Source: an uncultured Acidobacteriaceae bacterium | Lineage (GTDB): Bacteria > Acidobacteriota > Terriglobia > Bryobacterales > Bryobacteraceae | NCBI GenBank assembly: GCA_963846185.1 | Contig: CAWJVA010000013.1 | Span: 16,905-80,904 of the forward strand | Length of the DNA stretch: 64,000 nucleotides | Direction of reading: 5' to 3' | Shown here: piece by piece, positions 40,924 to 51,447 of the stretch | Numbering within the stretch: position 1 is the first letter of the stretch | How the letters are laid out: each line of letters starts with the position of its first letter | Position numbers and translations under genes: made by a program | The notes under the pieces: generated by a model | What the model was told of the DNA's origin: nothing | The model's database searches: none | Seen by the model: only the letters and a program-made list of their open reading frames with translations

Positions 40924-40959
40924 TATCTCAGCATCGATTTCTATCTCAGCATCGATTTC
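40924..40959 (+). repeat. perfect 18-bp tandem duplication upstream of the RidA-like gene
   Basis: tatctcagcatcgatttc occurs twice back to back (40924-40941 and 40942-40959), 35 nt before ATG 40995. Each unit contains the palindrome atcgat. Confidence 0.9.
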
Positions 40960-40994
40960 CGCATGTAGTAAGTACAGTTGAGGAGATCAGAAAC

Positions 40995-41447
40995 ATGAAA
41001 AGCTTGTTCCCGCAAATCGTCCGGCGCTGCCTGCCATTACCCGCTCTGCTTCTTTTCTGCGCGGTAGCGCCCGTCTTCGCCCAACACCAGGCGGTCCGCT
41101 TCACCAAGGGCATGCCGTTCAGCGAAGGATACATCGCAGGCAATACCCTCTACGTCGCCGGCCAACAAGGACCCGATGCGCAAGGTAAGGTCACCGGCAC
41201 AGACATTACGGTCCAAACCACCAACGCCATCGCCGCCATCGAAAAAGTGGTCAAAGAAGCCGGCTTTCAGATGACCGACATCGTCTCCGTGACCGTTTAC
41301 ATCACTGATCTCAATGACGTCCCAAAGATGAACGATGTCTATAAGAAGCTCATGCCCGATCCCAAACCAGCTCGCGCCACGATCCAAGTTGCGGGTCTCA
41401 TCGGCGGTGCGAAGATTGAAATCTCCGCCATCGCCGTCAAGCCGTAA
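40995..41447 (+). CDS. secreted RidA/YjgF/L-PSP-family protein
   Basis: ATG 40995 is preceded by gaggag. The signal peptide is MKSLFPQIVRRCLPLPALLLFCAVAPVFAQ. The RidA-like core includes ..GNTLYVAGQQG.., ..PARATIQVAGLIGGAKIEISAIA. The ORF track starts upstream at 40902. Confidence 0.8.
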   Translation: MKSLFPQIVRRCLPLPALLLFCAVAPVFAQHQAVRFTKGMPFSEGYIAGNTLYVAGQQGPDAQGKVTGTDITVQTTNAIAAIEKVVKEAGFQMTDIVSVTVYITDLNDVPKMNDVYKKLMPDPKPARATIQVAGLIGGAKIEISAIAVKP

Positions 41448-41512
41448 CCAAATAGGGCGGCACTGAGTCGAGCCTCTACCCAGTTCGAATCCCGCCGGGT
41501 AGAATATCTTCT

Positions 41513-41869
41513 ATGCCGCCGAAGCCCTCCGATCGTATCGAGCTCCTGCAGGGAACGCTCGATATGCTCATCCTCCGCACACTGATGCAAGGGCCCGCCC
41601 ATGGTCATCAAATCGCCAAGCACATCCAGCGAACCACGGAAGATATGTTGCAGATCGAGCACGGCTCGCTTTACCCGGCGCTCCACCGCCTGGAGCGAAA
41701 GGGCTGGCTTGCTTCCAAATGGGAATCTGCGGGCAAGAATCTCAAACGCGAGTTCAAATATTACCGGCTCACGCCTGCTGGCAGAAAGCAGTTGATTGTC
41801 GAGGAGTCTCGCTGGTCGAAGATGGCAACTGCGATCGCTCGCGTGATGTCGCCGGCCGAGGAGTCGTAA
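41513..41869 (+). CDS. PadR-family transcriptional regulator
   Basis: Intact 118-aa ORF. The PadR winged helix reads LLQGTLDMLILRTLMQGPAHGHQIAKHIQ..EHGSLYPALHRLERKGW. Its stop abuts the next gene's start. Confidence 0.9.
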   Translation: MPPKPSDRIELLQGTLDMLILRTLMQGPAHGHQIAKHIQRTTEDMLQIEHGSLYPALHRLERKGWLASKWESAGKNLKREFKYYRLTPAGRKQLIVEESRWSKMATAIARVMSPAEES

Positions 41870-44509
41870 ATGTTCGGCTGGTTTCGCAGGCATCGCGAGC
41901 GGGATCTCGATCGTGAACTACGCTCGCATCTCGAGGCCGAAGCTGAAGAGCAGACAGAAAACGGCCTCTCTTCGGATCAGGCGCAACGGGCAGCACGTCG
42001 CCAGCTCGGCAACATCACGTTGACTAAAGAGAATGTCCGGGCCGTCTGGGGCTCCGGCGGTCTCGACCGCTTCCTTCAGGACCTCGCCTTCGGCTTGCGG
42101 CTGTTCCGCAAGGCGCCCGGATTCACGGCCGTGGTGCTCATGACTCTGGCCTTGGGAATTGGCGCAAATACGGCCGTTTTCACCATCCTGAACGCTGTCC
42201 TCCTCGAACCGCTTCCCTTCAAAGACGCCAATCGGCTGGTAGCCATCTGGGCCCACGAGATCCATGCCCAAGGAACCAGCAAGCTCTTCGACCTCTACAC
42301 CGATTACGAAAACTGGAAAGCAAATAGCCGTCAATTCGAAGCCGTGGCCGCCGTCAGTTGGGATCCCCAAGCGTCACCGTCCCGGGTCTTCAAGGGGCCC
42401 GGCCCTGCCCGCAACATCCTTGCGCTCCCGGTCACGCCGGATTTCTTCAGATTGCTAGGTGAGCCGGCTCTGCTTGGCCGCACCATCGAGCCCCAAGATG
42501 CAGGCCAGGGCTGCAAAGTCGTCCTGACGTTCAAATTCTGGCAGACAACTTTTAGCGGGAAACCCGGCGCCGTCGGGACCACCATTCGCCTCAATGATCA
42601 ACCATGTGCTGTCATCGGCGTAATGCCTGCGGGTTTCGGCTTTCTGCCGCCGCAGGCGCCTGTTGCGATGTGGACCATCATGGCCCGTCCGCCGCGCCCT
42701 GACGAACTGGGCGTAGCTGTGTTCGCACGCCTCCGGTCCGGCGTCACTCTTCGCAGCGCGCAAGCCGAGACGCTGTTCCTCCATCGCCAGATCCATGGTC
42801 ATGACCGCTGGGGTGAACAAATGGAACCGGTCCTCTACGGTCTTCATGGAGAGTTCACTTGGCTCACTGGCCGCAATCTGCGGTTGAGCCTGATCGTGCT
42901 GTTTGCAGCCGTCAGCTTCGTGTTGTTGATCTGCTGCGTAAACGTAGCCAACCTGCTGTTAGGACGCGCTGTCGGCCGTGAACGCGAAATGGCCATTCGA
43001 GCCGCATTGGGATCCGGACGTTCCCGCCTCATTCGCCAGCTCCTGACCGAGAACCTGCTGCTCTCGCTTTCAGCCGCTGCAGCAGGCGTCGGCTTGGCGG
43101 CCCTGATCGTTCGCTATTTCCGCCTTACTCACCCGGTGGAAATGCCTCCCGCTACCACCATCGAGCTGAATGCGCCCGTTCTCGTCTTCGCTGTTGTACT
43201 CGCGCTCGTGACCGCTTTGCTCTTCGGCCTTATCCCGGCACTGCGCGCCTCGCGAGTGGATCTGAATGATGTGCTCAAGACCGGCGGCAGAACATCCTCG
43301 CGTGGCGCTCGGCAGCAGCGCTTCGGCAAACGCCTCATCGTGGCCGAAGTCATGCTCACCATTGTGCTGCTGGCCGGTGCGGGGCTGCTGATCCAAACCA
43401 TTGACCGCTTCGCCTCTGTGCCCCTCGGCTTCAATCCGGATGGTCTCTTGATAACCTCGCTCTCGCTTCCGGAGAGTTCTTATCATGAACCGCAACGCCG
43501 CCTGCTGTTCTATGAACGGCTGCAAAACGATTTGAGCCGGATTCCCGGTGTGCAGGCAGCAGCGGTTTCGAGTACGTATCCGGTCGAAGGCGGCGGATCA
43601 ATCGACGTCATCCAGGTGGAAGGCCGCCCCGTCCCCACCACCAAAGCTGCGGATGCCATGAATCAGACGGTCAGTCCCGATTACTTCCGAGCGATGCAGA
43701 TCGCGGTTCAGGGTGGTCGGGTGTTTGACTCGCGAGATTCGCAACAAAGCGAGCCCGTAGCCATCATCAATGAATCGCTCGCCCGCGAATATCTGGGCAA
43801 CGATAATCCCATTGGGCGGCATATCCGCCCTTTCATCGGATCCGGCGACAAAGGTCCGTGGCTTAGGGTCATCGGCGTGGTTGCCGGCGAAAAACGAAAC
43901 ACTGTGTACAACGAGATGGCCTGGGTTGATCCGCCCATCCTGTACCGGCCTCTCCGTCAGAATCCGCTGAATTCTCCCGTCATCATCGTGCGCGCTTCGA
44001 CCGGTCAGGCGGCCAACCTCGCCGGCGTCATCACGCGCCAGATCTCCGCTATCGATCCCGATGTCCCCGCCGAAGAAATCCAAACGGCTCGCGATCTGCA
44101 GGCGCAGGTTCTGTCCTATCCCCGCTTCCGCGCCGCGCTGCTCGCCGCCCTGGCCGCCATCGCCTTGCTTCTTGCAACCATCGGCCTCTTCGGTGTTCTC
44201 TCTCACTCTGTCGCGCAACGGATTCATGAAATCGGGATCCGGATGGCGCTCGGCGCCGAACGGAACGCCATCGTTCGCATGATCCTGAGCGAAGGCCTGC
44301 GGCTCGTCGGCTCTGGCATTCTCCTCGGTATACTCGCTTCCTGGGCTCTCAATCGGTACATTTCGGCGCTCCTGTACGGCGTGCGGCCGGATCCGCTTCT
44401 CTTCGCCGCAACTGCCCTGGTGCTTTTGCCGGCGGCGCTTCTCGCCATGTACATTCCGGTACGCCGCGCCTCCCGAGTGGACCCGATGACTGCACTCAGG
44501 TACGAATAA
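41870..44509 (+). CDS. duplicated FtsX-type ABC permease (ADOP family)
   Basis: Intact 879-aa ORF. The N-terminus is MFGWFRRHRERDLDRELRSHLEAEAEEQ. Two MacB/FtsX-like modules each end in a 3-helix bundle. It is paired with PadR as is typical in Acidobacteria. Confidence 0.85.
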   Translation: MFGWFRRHRERDLDRELRSHLEAEAEEQTENGLSSDQAQRAARRQLGNITLTKENVRAVWGSGGLDRFLQDLAFGLRLFRKAPGFTAVVLMTLALGIGANTAVFTILNAVLLEPLPFKDANRLVAIWAHEIHAQGTSKLFDLYTDYENWKANSRQFEAVAAVSWDPQASPSRVFKGPGPARNILALPVTPDFFRLLGEPALLGRTIEPQDAGQGCKVVLTFKFWQTTFSGKPGAVGTTIRLNDQPCAVIGVMPAGFGFLPPQAPVAMWTIMARPPRPDELGVAVFARLRSGVTLRSAQAETLFLHRQIHGHDRWGEQMEPVLYGLHGEFTWLTGRNLRLSLIVLFAAVSFVLLICCVNVANLLLGRAVGREREMAIRAALGSGRSRLIRQLLTENLLLSLSAAAAGVGLAALIVRYFRLTHPVEMPPATTIELNAPVLVFAVVLALVTALLFGLIPALRASRVDLNDVLKTGGRTSSRGARQQRFGKRLIVAEVMLTIVLLAGAGLLIQTIDRFASVPLGFNPDGLLITSLSLPESSYHEPQRRLLFYERLQNDLSRIPGVQAAAVSSTYPVEGGGSIDVIQVEGRPVPTTKAADAMNQTVSPDYFRAMQIAVQGGRVFDSRDSQQSEPVAIINESLAREYLGNDNPIGRHIRPFIGSGDKGPWLRVIGVVAGEKRNTVYNEMAWVDPPILYRPLRQNPLNSPVIIVRASTGQAANLAGVITRQISAIDPDVPAEEIQTARDLQAQVLSYPRFRAALLAALAAIALLLATIGLFGVLSHSVAQRIHEIGIRMALGAERNAIVRMILSEGLRLVGSGILLGILASWALNRYISALLYGVRPDPLLFAATALVLLPAALLAMYIPVRRASRVDPMTALRYE

Positions 44510-44538
44510 ACGTTCGGCCGAAGATACAATGCGGACTC

Positions 44539-46158
44539 ATGTGGCGTTTCGCTAAACCCGTTGCAATTGCACTCATGGCCAGACCCGTCGCCGCGTTGCT
44601 TTTACTCCTCTGCGCTTGTTGCTCTGCCGACTGGCTGACCTACGCTCATGACCCGCAGCGTACCGGCAGCAATCCGTCTGAGCATCAGCTATCGCCCTCC
44701 AACGCCGGCAGTCTAAGCCTGCTCTGGCAGACTCAACTCGATAACGTACCGCTCGCCCTCAGCGCTCTGACCGCGCCGCTCGTTGCGGAAAACGTTGCAA
44801 CATCTGCAGGCCTGAAAACGCTCATCTTCGTGGCGGGCAGCTCGAATACCTTCTTCGCCATCGATGCGAATGACGGTAAGGTAATCTGGAACCGCACCTT
44901 CACCACGTTTGTCGTTCCCAAAGAGGAATCGTTCTATCTCTGTCCGAACACTCCTAACGCCACCCCGGTCATCGACAAAGAACACGGCATCATCTACACG
45001 ATCTCCGCCGATGGCCGCATCTATGGCCTTGATCTCGCAACGGGCGATGTTAAATTCGGACCCTTCGCCTTCATTCCCGCCTTTGCCAAGGCCTGGAGTC
45101 TCAACCTCCGCGACGGCGTCCTCTACACAACCACTTCGCAAGCCTGTGGCGGTGATCGCTCCGGTATCTACGCCATCCGTGTCAGCGACTCGATGCGCGT
45201 CGAATCGCATGAGCTCTTAGTGCGGCGTGGCTATGGCAGCGGAATGTGGCTGCGCGGCGGTACGATTCTCGGGCCGGATGGAACGGTCTATGTCTCCACC
45301 GGCGACGGCGCGTTCGACCCGGAAGCCGGTGATTACAGCAACACATTTCTTGCCGCTTCTCCTGATTTAGCCCGCGTTCGCGACTACTTCTTGCCGCCAA
45401 ACTGGAAGGACATCAGCAAACTCGATCTCGATCTGCCCTCCGGCGGCCTGCTCGTATTTCCGTATCGCGGCAAGCAGTTGCTGGCCGGCGGCGGTAAGGA
45501 GTCGGTCATCTATCTGCTCGACCCGGCAAACCTCGGCGGCAGTAATCACCAAACCGCGCTGTACACCTCACCCGTCCTGGCCAATGAAGGCCGTGCGCTT
45601 GAAGAGAAAGGCCTTTGGGGCTCACCGGCCGCCTGGACCGATGCTGGTCAAACCTGGCTTTACTTTCCTGTCTGGGGCTCGCTCTCGCCGGTTGCCCCGC
45701 GCTTCCCCGCCACCAATGGCGAAACTCCTCACGGCAGCATTCTCGCGTTCAGAGTGGCTGCTGCGCCCAGCGGCGCGCCGGCTCTCGAACCGGCCTGGAT
45801 CTCGCCCGATATGAACCTGCCGGACGCACCGGTGGTCGCCAATGGCGTTGTGTACGCTTTGGCGACGGGCGAAAATCCTCGCCAGGATCACCTCCTCGGC
45901 GTCACGCACTTCAAGAGCACGGAAGATTGGAAGCACAATCTGCTAACTACCGCCGAGCGTTCCGCAGGTACTCATCCCGCTGTTCTGGTAGCGCTCGACG
46001 CCCGGACCGGCAAACTTCTTTATCAAAGCGGCGACGAGATGAAGACATGGGTTCACTTCACCGGTCTGGCGGTCACCGGAGGCCGTATCTTCGCAGTCGA
46101 TCACGAATCCCGCCTCTACTGCTTCGGATTGAAAACAGTATCGACGGCTGCTCGGTAA
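44539..46158 (+). CDS. secreted PQQ-like (BamB-type) beta-propeller repeat protein
   Basis: Intact 539-aa ORF with a signal peptide followed by DWLTYAHDPQRTGSNP. It has repeated blades (FFAIDANDGKVIWN, IYGLDLATGDVKF, VVYALATG, LVALDARTGKLLYQ, IFAVDHESRLYCF). Confidence 0.7.
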   Translation: MWRFAKPVAIALMARPVAALLLLLCACCSADWLTYAHDPQRTGSNPSEHQLSPSNAGSLSLLWQTQLDNVPLALSALTAPLVAENVATSAGLKTLIFVAGSSNTFFAIDANDGKVIWNRTFTTFVVPKEESFYLCPNTPNATPVIDKEHGIIYTISADGRIYGLDLATGDVKFGPFAFIPAFAKAWSLNLRDGVLYTTTSQACGGDRSGIYAIRVSDSMRVESHELLVRRGYGSGMWLRGGTILGPDGTVYVSTGDGAFDPEAGDYSNTFLAASPDLARVRDYFLPPNWKDISKLDLDLPSGGLLVFPYRGKQLLAGGGKESVIYLLDPANLGGSNHQTALYTSPVLANEGRALEEKGLWGSPAAWTDAGQTWLYFPVWGSLSPVAPRFPATNGETPHGSILAFRVAAAPSGAPALEPAWISPDMNLPDAPVVANGVVYALATGENPRQDHLLGVTHFKSTEDWKHNLLTTAERSAGTHPAVLVALDARTGKLLYQSGDEMKTWVHFTGLAVTGGRIFAVDHESRLYCFGLKTVSTAAR

Positions 46159-46378
46159 TTGCGCGTCGCCCCGCTTCATCGCGGTCTGCCGCCATTACGT
46201 AACAACTCTTTGCGGTTGTGAATCTCAGTAGCAGCCTTAGCCGGAGTAAAATAAAGTCGCCGAGTAATGCTCATAATCAACGAATCGTGTGAGATGTCGT
46301 CTGGCATCTCCTTTACCGTACCGATTTGCCGTACGGGATGCGCTGCTTCGGCGATAGCACTTTCAGCGGAATAGCCTG

Positions 46379-48641
46379 ATGTCTCAAGGAGTTGCTGCGC
46401 TTACCGCCTTTATGGGCGACAGTGGCGAGGAAGACCGCTTCTTCCGCGAAATGATGGATGCCCTTCCCGTCGCCGTTTACGTCACGGATGCGGAAGGCCG
46501 GCTCACGTATTTCAACCGGGCCGCGGTCCAGCTCTCCGGCCGCGTGCCTGTACTTGGAACGGACCGCTGGTGCGTCACATGGAAGTTGTTCTCGAGCGAC
46601 GGCGCCCCATTGCCGCACGATCAATGCCCCATGGCGGTGGCGTTGAAAGGCGGCGAAGCGCCCTTGGATATCGAATGCATTGCCGAACGGCCGGACGGCA
46701 CACGCTTCTGGTTTACTCCCCGTCTAGCCGTCCGGCGTGATGCCCAGGGCCGGATCACCGCTGGCATCAACCTGCTCTTCGACATCACCGCTCGCAAGAA
46801 CGCCGAAATCGAAGCTGCAGAGCACTTCCGCGCCATCGTGGAGACCACACCCGAGTGTGTCCAGCTCGTCGCTCCCGATGGAACTCTTCTCTTTATGAAT
46901 ACGCCGGGACTCGCCATGTTTGACGCGTCCTCTCCCCAAGCCTTGATAGGGAAAAAAATATACAATCTCATCGCCGCCGAGGATCGCGACCGCTACCGCC
47001 ACTTCAACGAAAGGATCTGCGCCGGTGAAAAGGGCGCCCTTGAATTCGATGTCGTGGGCCTGCACGGGCGGCGTTCTCGCATGGAAACCCATGCCGCTCC
47101 TCTTCGGCAGGCTGGGGGCGTCACTGTTCAACTGGGCATCACGCGCAACATAACGGAACGCAAGCGCAACGAACGGGCCGTCCAGCTTCTAAGCGCTATC
47201 GTCGATTCCTCAAACGATGCCATCATTAGCAAAGATCTCAACGGCACTATCACCAGTTGGAACAAGAGTGCGGAGCGCCTCTTCGGCTACACCGCGCCCG
47301 AGGCAGTCGGTCAATCCATCACTATGCTGATCCCGCCCGACCGCCAGAACGAGGAACCGGACATCCTTGCGCATCTCCGGCGCGGCGAGCGCATCCAACA
47401 GTTCGAAACCGTCCGGCGGCGCAAAGACGGCGTTCTGCTGGACGTTGCCCTTACCATTTCGCCGGTGAAAGACTCCGAGGGGAATGTCGTCGGCGCCTCC
47501 AAAGTCGCTCGCGATATCACAGAAAGCAAGCGTTCAGAAGCAGCCCTGCTCGCCAGCGAAGCGCGTTTTCGCCAGCTCGCGGACGCGATGCCCCAGATCG
47601 TCTGGACTGCTCGCGGGGACGGTACTCGCGATTATTACAACGAACGCTGGTATCAGTTCAGCGGCTTCAGCCCCGATATGCCCGGTGACGCAAGCTGGCT
47701 TCACATTCTCCATCCCGATGACATCGAGCGCTCCGTCGAGTCGTGGAAAAGCGCCGTTCAGTCTGGTAGCGCATTCAATATCGAGTACCGGCTTTGGGAC
47801 CGGCGCGAGCATCGCTGGCGCTGGTTTGTAGACCGCGCCCTTCCCGTCCGCGACGCCGGGGGAAATATCGTGAAATGGTTCGGCTCGTCGATCGATATTG
47901 ATGATCAGAAAGCGCATTGAACACGATCTCCGCCGCGCTAACGAAGACCTCGAGCAGTTTGCTTTTTCCGCCAGCCACGACCTGCAGGAGCCGCTCCGCA
48001 CCGTCAAGATCTACAGCGAGCTCCTTGCGCGCTCCTACCGCGGTCGCCTCGATGAACAGGCCTCGCAATTTCTCGGGTACATCCTTACCGGCGCCACGCG
48101 CATGGAGATGCTCGTGCGCGACCTCCTCACTTACACGCAGCTGACGCGCTTTGAGGCGGCCCAGGAACCCGTGGATGCTTCCGAGATTCTCAATAACACG
48201 CTCGCCAATCTGGCCGGCGCCATCTCGGAAAGCGGTGCGCAGGTCAAGGCGGATCCCTTGCCCTCGTTGCCCGTACACCGCGCGCACTTACAGCAGTTAT
48301 TTCAGAATCTGATCGGCAATGCCATCAAATACCGCAGCCCGGATCGCCCTCCTGTCATTCAAATCACCGCCGAACGTAAAAACGAATACTGGGTGTTTGC
48401 TGTCGGTGATAACGGCATAGGCATACCTCCCGAGTACAAGGAGAGAATCTTTGGCCTGTTTAAGCGCCTGCACACCAGTGAACAATACACGGGCACCGGT
48501 ATCGGGCTGGCTATCTGCCAGCGCATTGTGGACCGGTATCATGGGCGGATCTGGGTCGAATCTCAACCCGGAAAAGGATCCACCTTCCGCTTCAGCCTCC
48601 CGGTCGGAACAGCGAGAGAGAAAATTGAAATTCGAAACTGA
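46379..48641 (+). CDS. multi-PAS sensor histidine kinase, one frame switch near 47900
   Basis: Fragment 46379-47920 holds several PAS modules (..AIISKDLNGTITSWNKSAERLFGY.., ..ITERK.. linkers). Fragment 47898-48641 has the H-box FAFSASHDLQEPLRTV and the HATPase boxes NLIGNAIKY, DNGIGIP, GTGIGLAICQRIV. Confidence 0.85.
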
Positions 48642-48719
48642 GCCGGAAGCGTCAGCGCCCTCAGTTCGGAACCCAACCGCAGTATGTCTTCACAATAGCG
48701 TTAGAGTCCCGCATCGCGC

Positions 48720-50096
48720 TTATGCTCTCGGCGCCAGTTCGAACCTGAGGCCGAAGTGATTCAGTGTTCCGGGCAGTGGACGCTCCGCACTCAATCGCTC
48801 GGCATTTTCCAATTTCAGCCGCGTGTTGTCCAGAATGGCTGCGATCATGGCGCTCGTGAGCAAAAGAACCAGGTTCCGCCCCGGACAAACACCCGGCCCT
48901 TCGCTGAATGGAATCAAAGGCCACCGCGTCTGCCGTTCATCGCCGCTCCATAACTCCGGTGCAAAACGGTTTGCGTACGGCAGCCGTTCCGCGTCGCGAT
49001 GAAAGAACGGCGAGTAGATGATAATTCCAGTGTTCGCGGGTAGTACGCCCTCATCCCATACCGTCTCTCTCGTCGTTTCGCGCAGGATCAGCGGCGATGT
49101 AGGCCACAGCCGAAGTGATTCGAGCACCAGCGCGCGCGTTTGCGGGAGATACTGCCGTTCAGATCCGCGCTTCGTCTCAATCTCTTCCCGTACTCTTCGC
49201 GCGTACTCCCGCTGCGATGCCAGCAATGCCAATGAGCGGAACGCCGTCATTCCCGCCGGATCGAAGGCAAACAGCCATTGCGGAACCTGCTGAGCCGGAG
49301 CCGTGATGGCATGCTTTGGAGTTTGCGCCATCACTCCTGCCAGGCTGTCCGGTTCGGCGCGCTCGAGATAACGAGAGATGCGCTGCAGCAGCTCCTCCCG
49401 CAGCCCGGGCCTTCGCGGCGCCAGGAATGCCCAGTTCGCCGTGGCCCGCAGCTTCGCCATCACACGCGACAGGTCATCATCGTCCCGTGCAGCGTCTCCA
49501 AAGATCACGCGGCGCACCAGCCGGAACCAAGCCTCGGAAAATCCGCTCCAGTCGAGTTCTCCTTTGCTTCGTGCCTCGCGGCACAACCGCAATGCTTCGG
49601 CCTCGACCATCTCGAGAAAGCGATCCGCCAGCCGGTGTGCATCGCGCTGCGAATCGAGCACCTCCTCGTTGAACCGTCGCCTCTCGGCCCGCTCCGCGCC
49701 TTTCGAGATCAGCACGCTCTGCGGCTCGAAATGTGCCAGTGCCGAGATCTTCTCCTTACTGGCGAGCGCAAACGGTTCAGGTGATTCGCCGAGCATTCGG
49801 TGTACATGTTCCGGATTGAGAATCAACGCGAGTGATCTCCAGGGAACGCGCAGCACCAGCGGCCCGCTCACGTACTTGTCGCGTATTCGCTGCATCTGCA
49901 GCACCGCGCGATGATCCAGATCCAGCCGTTCGGCCACGCTCAGCACCAGCGGCCGCCGCATAATGACGCTCTTTGCCAGCGTGGGCAGCAGCACATTTCC
50001 AAAAACCGCGACCGTATCGAGCAGACTTAGTTTGGGAACTGATCGCTCACTCACCAGCGCATAACCGCCTGCCGCAGCACCCGCCATATGTTGCAT
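48720..50096 (-). CDS. cytochrome P450
   Basis: Intact 458-aa ORF. It has the heme-thiolate loop FSEGPGVCPGRNLVL (FxxGxxxCxG) and an ExxR-like ESLRLWP. Confidence 0.85.
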   Translation of the reverse strand: MQHMAGAAAGGYALVSERSVPKLSLLDTVAVFGNVLLPTLAKSVIMRRPLVLSVAERLDLDHRAVLQMQRIRDKYVSGPLVLRVPWRSLALILNPEHVHRMLGESPEPFALASKEKISALAHFEPQSVLISKGAERAERRRFNEEVLDSQRDAHRLADRFLEMVEAEALRLCREARSKGELDWSGFSEAWFRLVRRVIFGDAARDDDDLSRVMAKLRATANWAFLAPRRPGLREELLQRISRYLERAEPDSLAGVMAQTPKHAITAPAQQVPQWLFAFDPAGMTAFRSLALLASQREYARRVREEIETKRGSERQYLPQTRALVLESLRLWPTSPLILRETTRETVWDEGVLPANTGIIIYSPFFHRDAERLPYANRFAPELWSGDERQTRWPLIPFSEGPGVCPGRNLVLLLTSAMIAAILDNTRLKLENAERLSAERPLPGTLNHFGLRFELAPRA

Positions 50097-50153
50097 GCGC
50101 TATGGACGCCCCAATGCGTATTCTCCGGAACCTGTCACGTGTACGGGGCGCCG

Positions 50154-51032
50154 TTAGTGAGTCATCGCGTAAATCAGGTAATTCACGCCGATACGAAAGC
50201 CGAGCGCTGAATACTGCTCCGGATACTCCGGATTATCTGCGTGCTCCCACGAATCGCCCAGGTCCATGTTGTGACAGATCACCACCATCAGCCGTCCCTG
50301 GTCGTCGTAGATCCCGCGCCACCGCGGCTGATACCCATCCTTCTCATACGTTCGACGCGTGTGGACAAACTGTTCTCCCGGTACCTGATAGCGGCCGTTC
50401 AGGTCGTACACCGTGTGAAAGATCGGATCATCGTCTGCCAAATCCACAATCGGTCTGTCCGGAAACACTTTCTTCATGCTCGCAACAAACGTGTCCCACT
50501 CGACCGTGCCGTGAAAGTCGTCGCACATGAAAAATCCGCCGCGATTCAAGAAATCGCGAAGTTTGGCCGCCTGCAAGTCCGTAAGATCCCAATGCCCCAC
50601 TTCCACCGCATATAGCCATGGCCAGTTATAAATATCATCGCCGTCTTCTGCCGCTACCGGCTCTTCAACCGACCGCGTCTGAACGCGAGTCAGCCTCCGC
50701 ACCGCCTCGGCCAGGTGCCGGTCCGATCGCGGATAATCGATGGTCCAGTTCGGCATCCGCCCGCGCCACCCGGGAATCGCTCGATACATGAATCTCGCAA
50801 ATACCCATTCACCCGGAACCTGGTAGTCATCCGGAACCGGAAAGTTTTCGTATTCCATGCCTATGTACTCGCGAAACACGCCCGGGCGCTGAACGCTGCG
50901 CGAGGTTCGTTTGCCCACGTTCCCGGCGTCGTTTGGAAGAAGCTCCTGGTCCGGGGGAGGCAGTGACGCCGATACAGCTCCGAGCAGTGCCAGAGTCGGG
51001 AAAACCGCGAATAGCAACATGCGCCAACGCAT
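50154..51032 (-). CDS. secreted hypothetical protein, DUF4159-like
   Basis: I chose the Met at 51032 (MRWRMLLFAVFPTLALLGAVSA signal). The ORF track starts at 51125, overlapping the upstream gene. WTIDYPRSDRHL..NWPWLYAVEVGHWDLTDLQAAKLRDFLNRGGFFMCDDFHG resembles my memory of DUF4159. This is unverified. Confidence 0.5.
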   Translation of the reverse strand: MRWRMLLFAVFPTLALLGAVSASLPPPDQELLPNDAGNVGKRTSRSVQRPGVFREYIGMEYENFPVPDDYQVPGEWVFARFMYRAIPGWRGRMPNWTIDYPRSDRHLAEAVRRLTRVQTRSVEEPVAAEDGDDIYNWPWLYAVEVGHWDLTDLQAAKLRDFLNRGGFFMCDDFHGTVEWDTFVASMKKVFPDRPIVDLADDDPIFHTVYDLNGRYQVPGEQFVHTRRTYEKDGYQPRWRGIYDDQGRLMVVICHNMDLGDSWEHADNPEYPEQYSALGFRIGVNYLIYAMTH

Positions 51033-51078
51033 GGATCTGGGAAGCTGATTCGCGGTCAGATTAGCACAGCAAAATCGA

Positions 51079-51417
51079 TTACGGCTTCGCGTGCTTTGGC
51101 TCGTAGAGTCCGATCTCCCCGCCACCCGGCAGCCGGATCTTCGTAATCGAACCCCAGCGCTCTTCTTTCACATCCGCGCACTCGACGCCGCTCTCCCGCA
51201 GTCGCGACATTTCGTGCCTCAAGTCGTCGCACATGAGATAAAGCTCGTGCCGGTCGTTTGCCTCAGCAGGATGGAAGGCCGCTTCTGCCGCGGGAAGCCG
51301 AAAAATCAGCCAGCCATGACCCGCGTCCACGCAGGCAAACCCCAATACGTCTCGAAAGAACGCGCGATCCGCTTCTGCGTCCCTGCTGTACACAACTACA
51401 TGCGCGCCGTCGATCAC
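51079..51417 (-). CDS. VOC-family (glyoxalase/bleomycin-resistance fold) protein
   Basis: Intact 112-aa ORF. VVVYSRDAEADRAFFRDVLGF.. and ..GGGEIGLYEPKH are typical of small VOC proteins. Confidence 0.75.
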   Translation of the reverse strand: MIDGAHVVVYSRDAEADRAFFRDVLGFACVDAGHGWLIFRLPAAEAAFHPAEANDRHELYLMCDDLRHEMSRLRESGVECADVKEERWGSITKIRLPGGGEIGLYEPKHAKP

Positions 51418-51447
51418 GCCTCGATTCTAATGCGCAGGTCGCGAATT

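Noticed and set aside
41339-41893. 184-aa minus-strand ORF
   Set aside because: It is antisense to the RidA-like 3' end and the whole PadR gene, both of which have clear family signatures.
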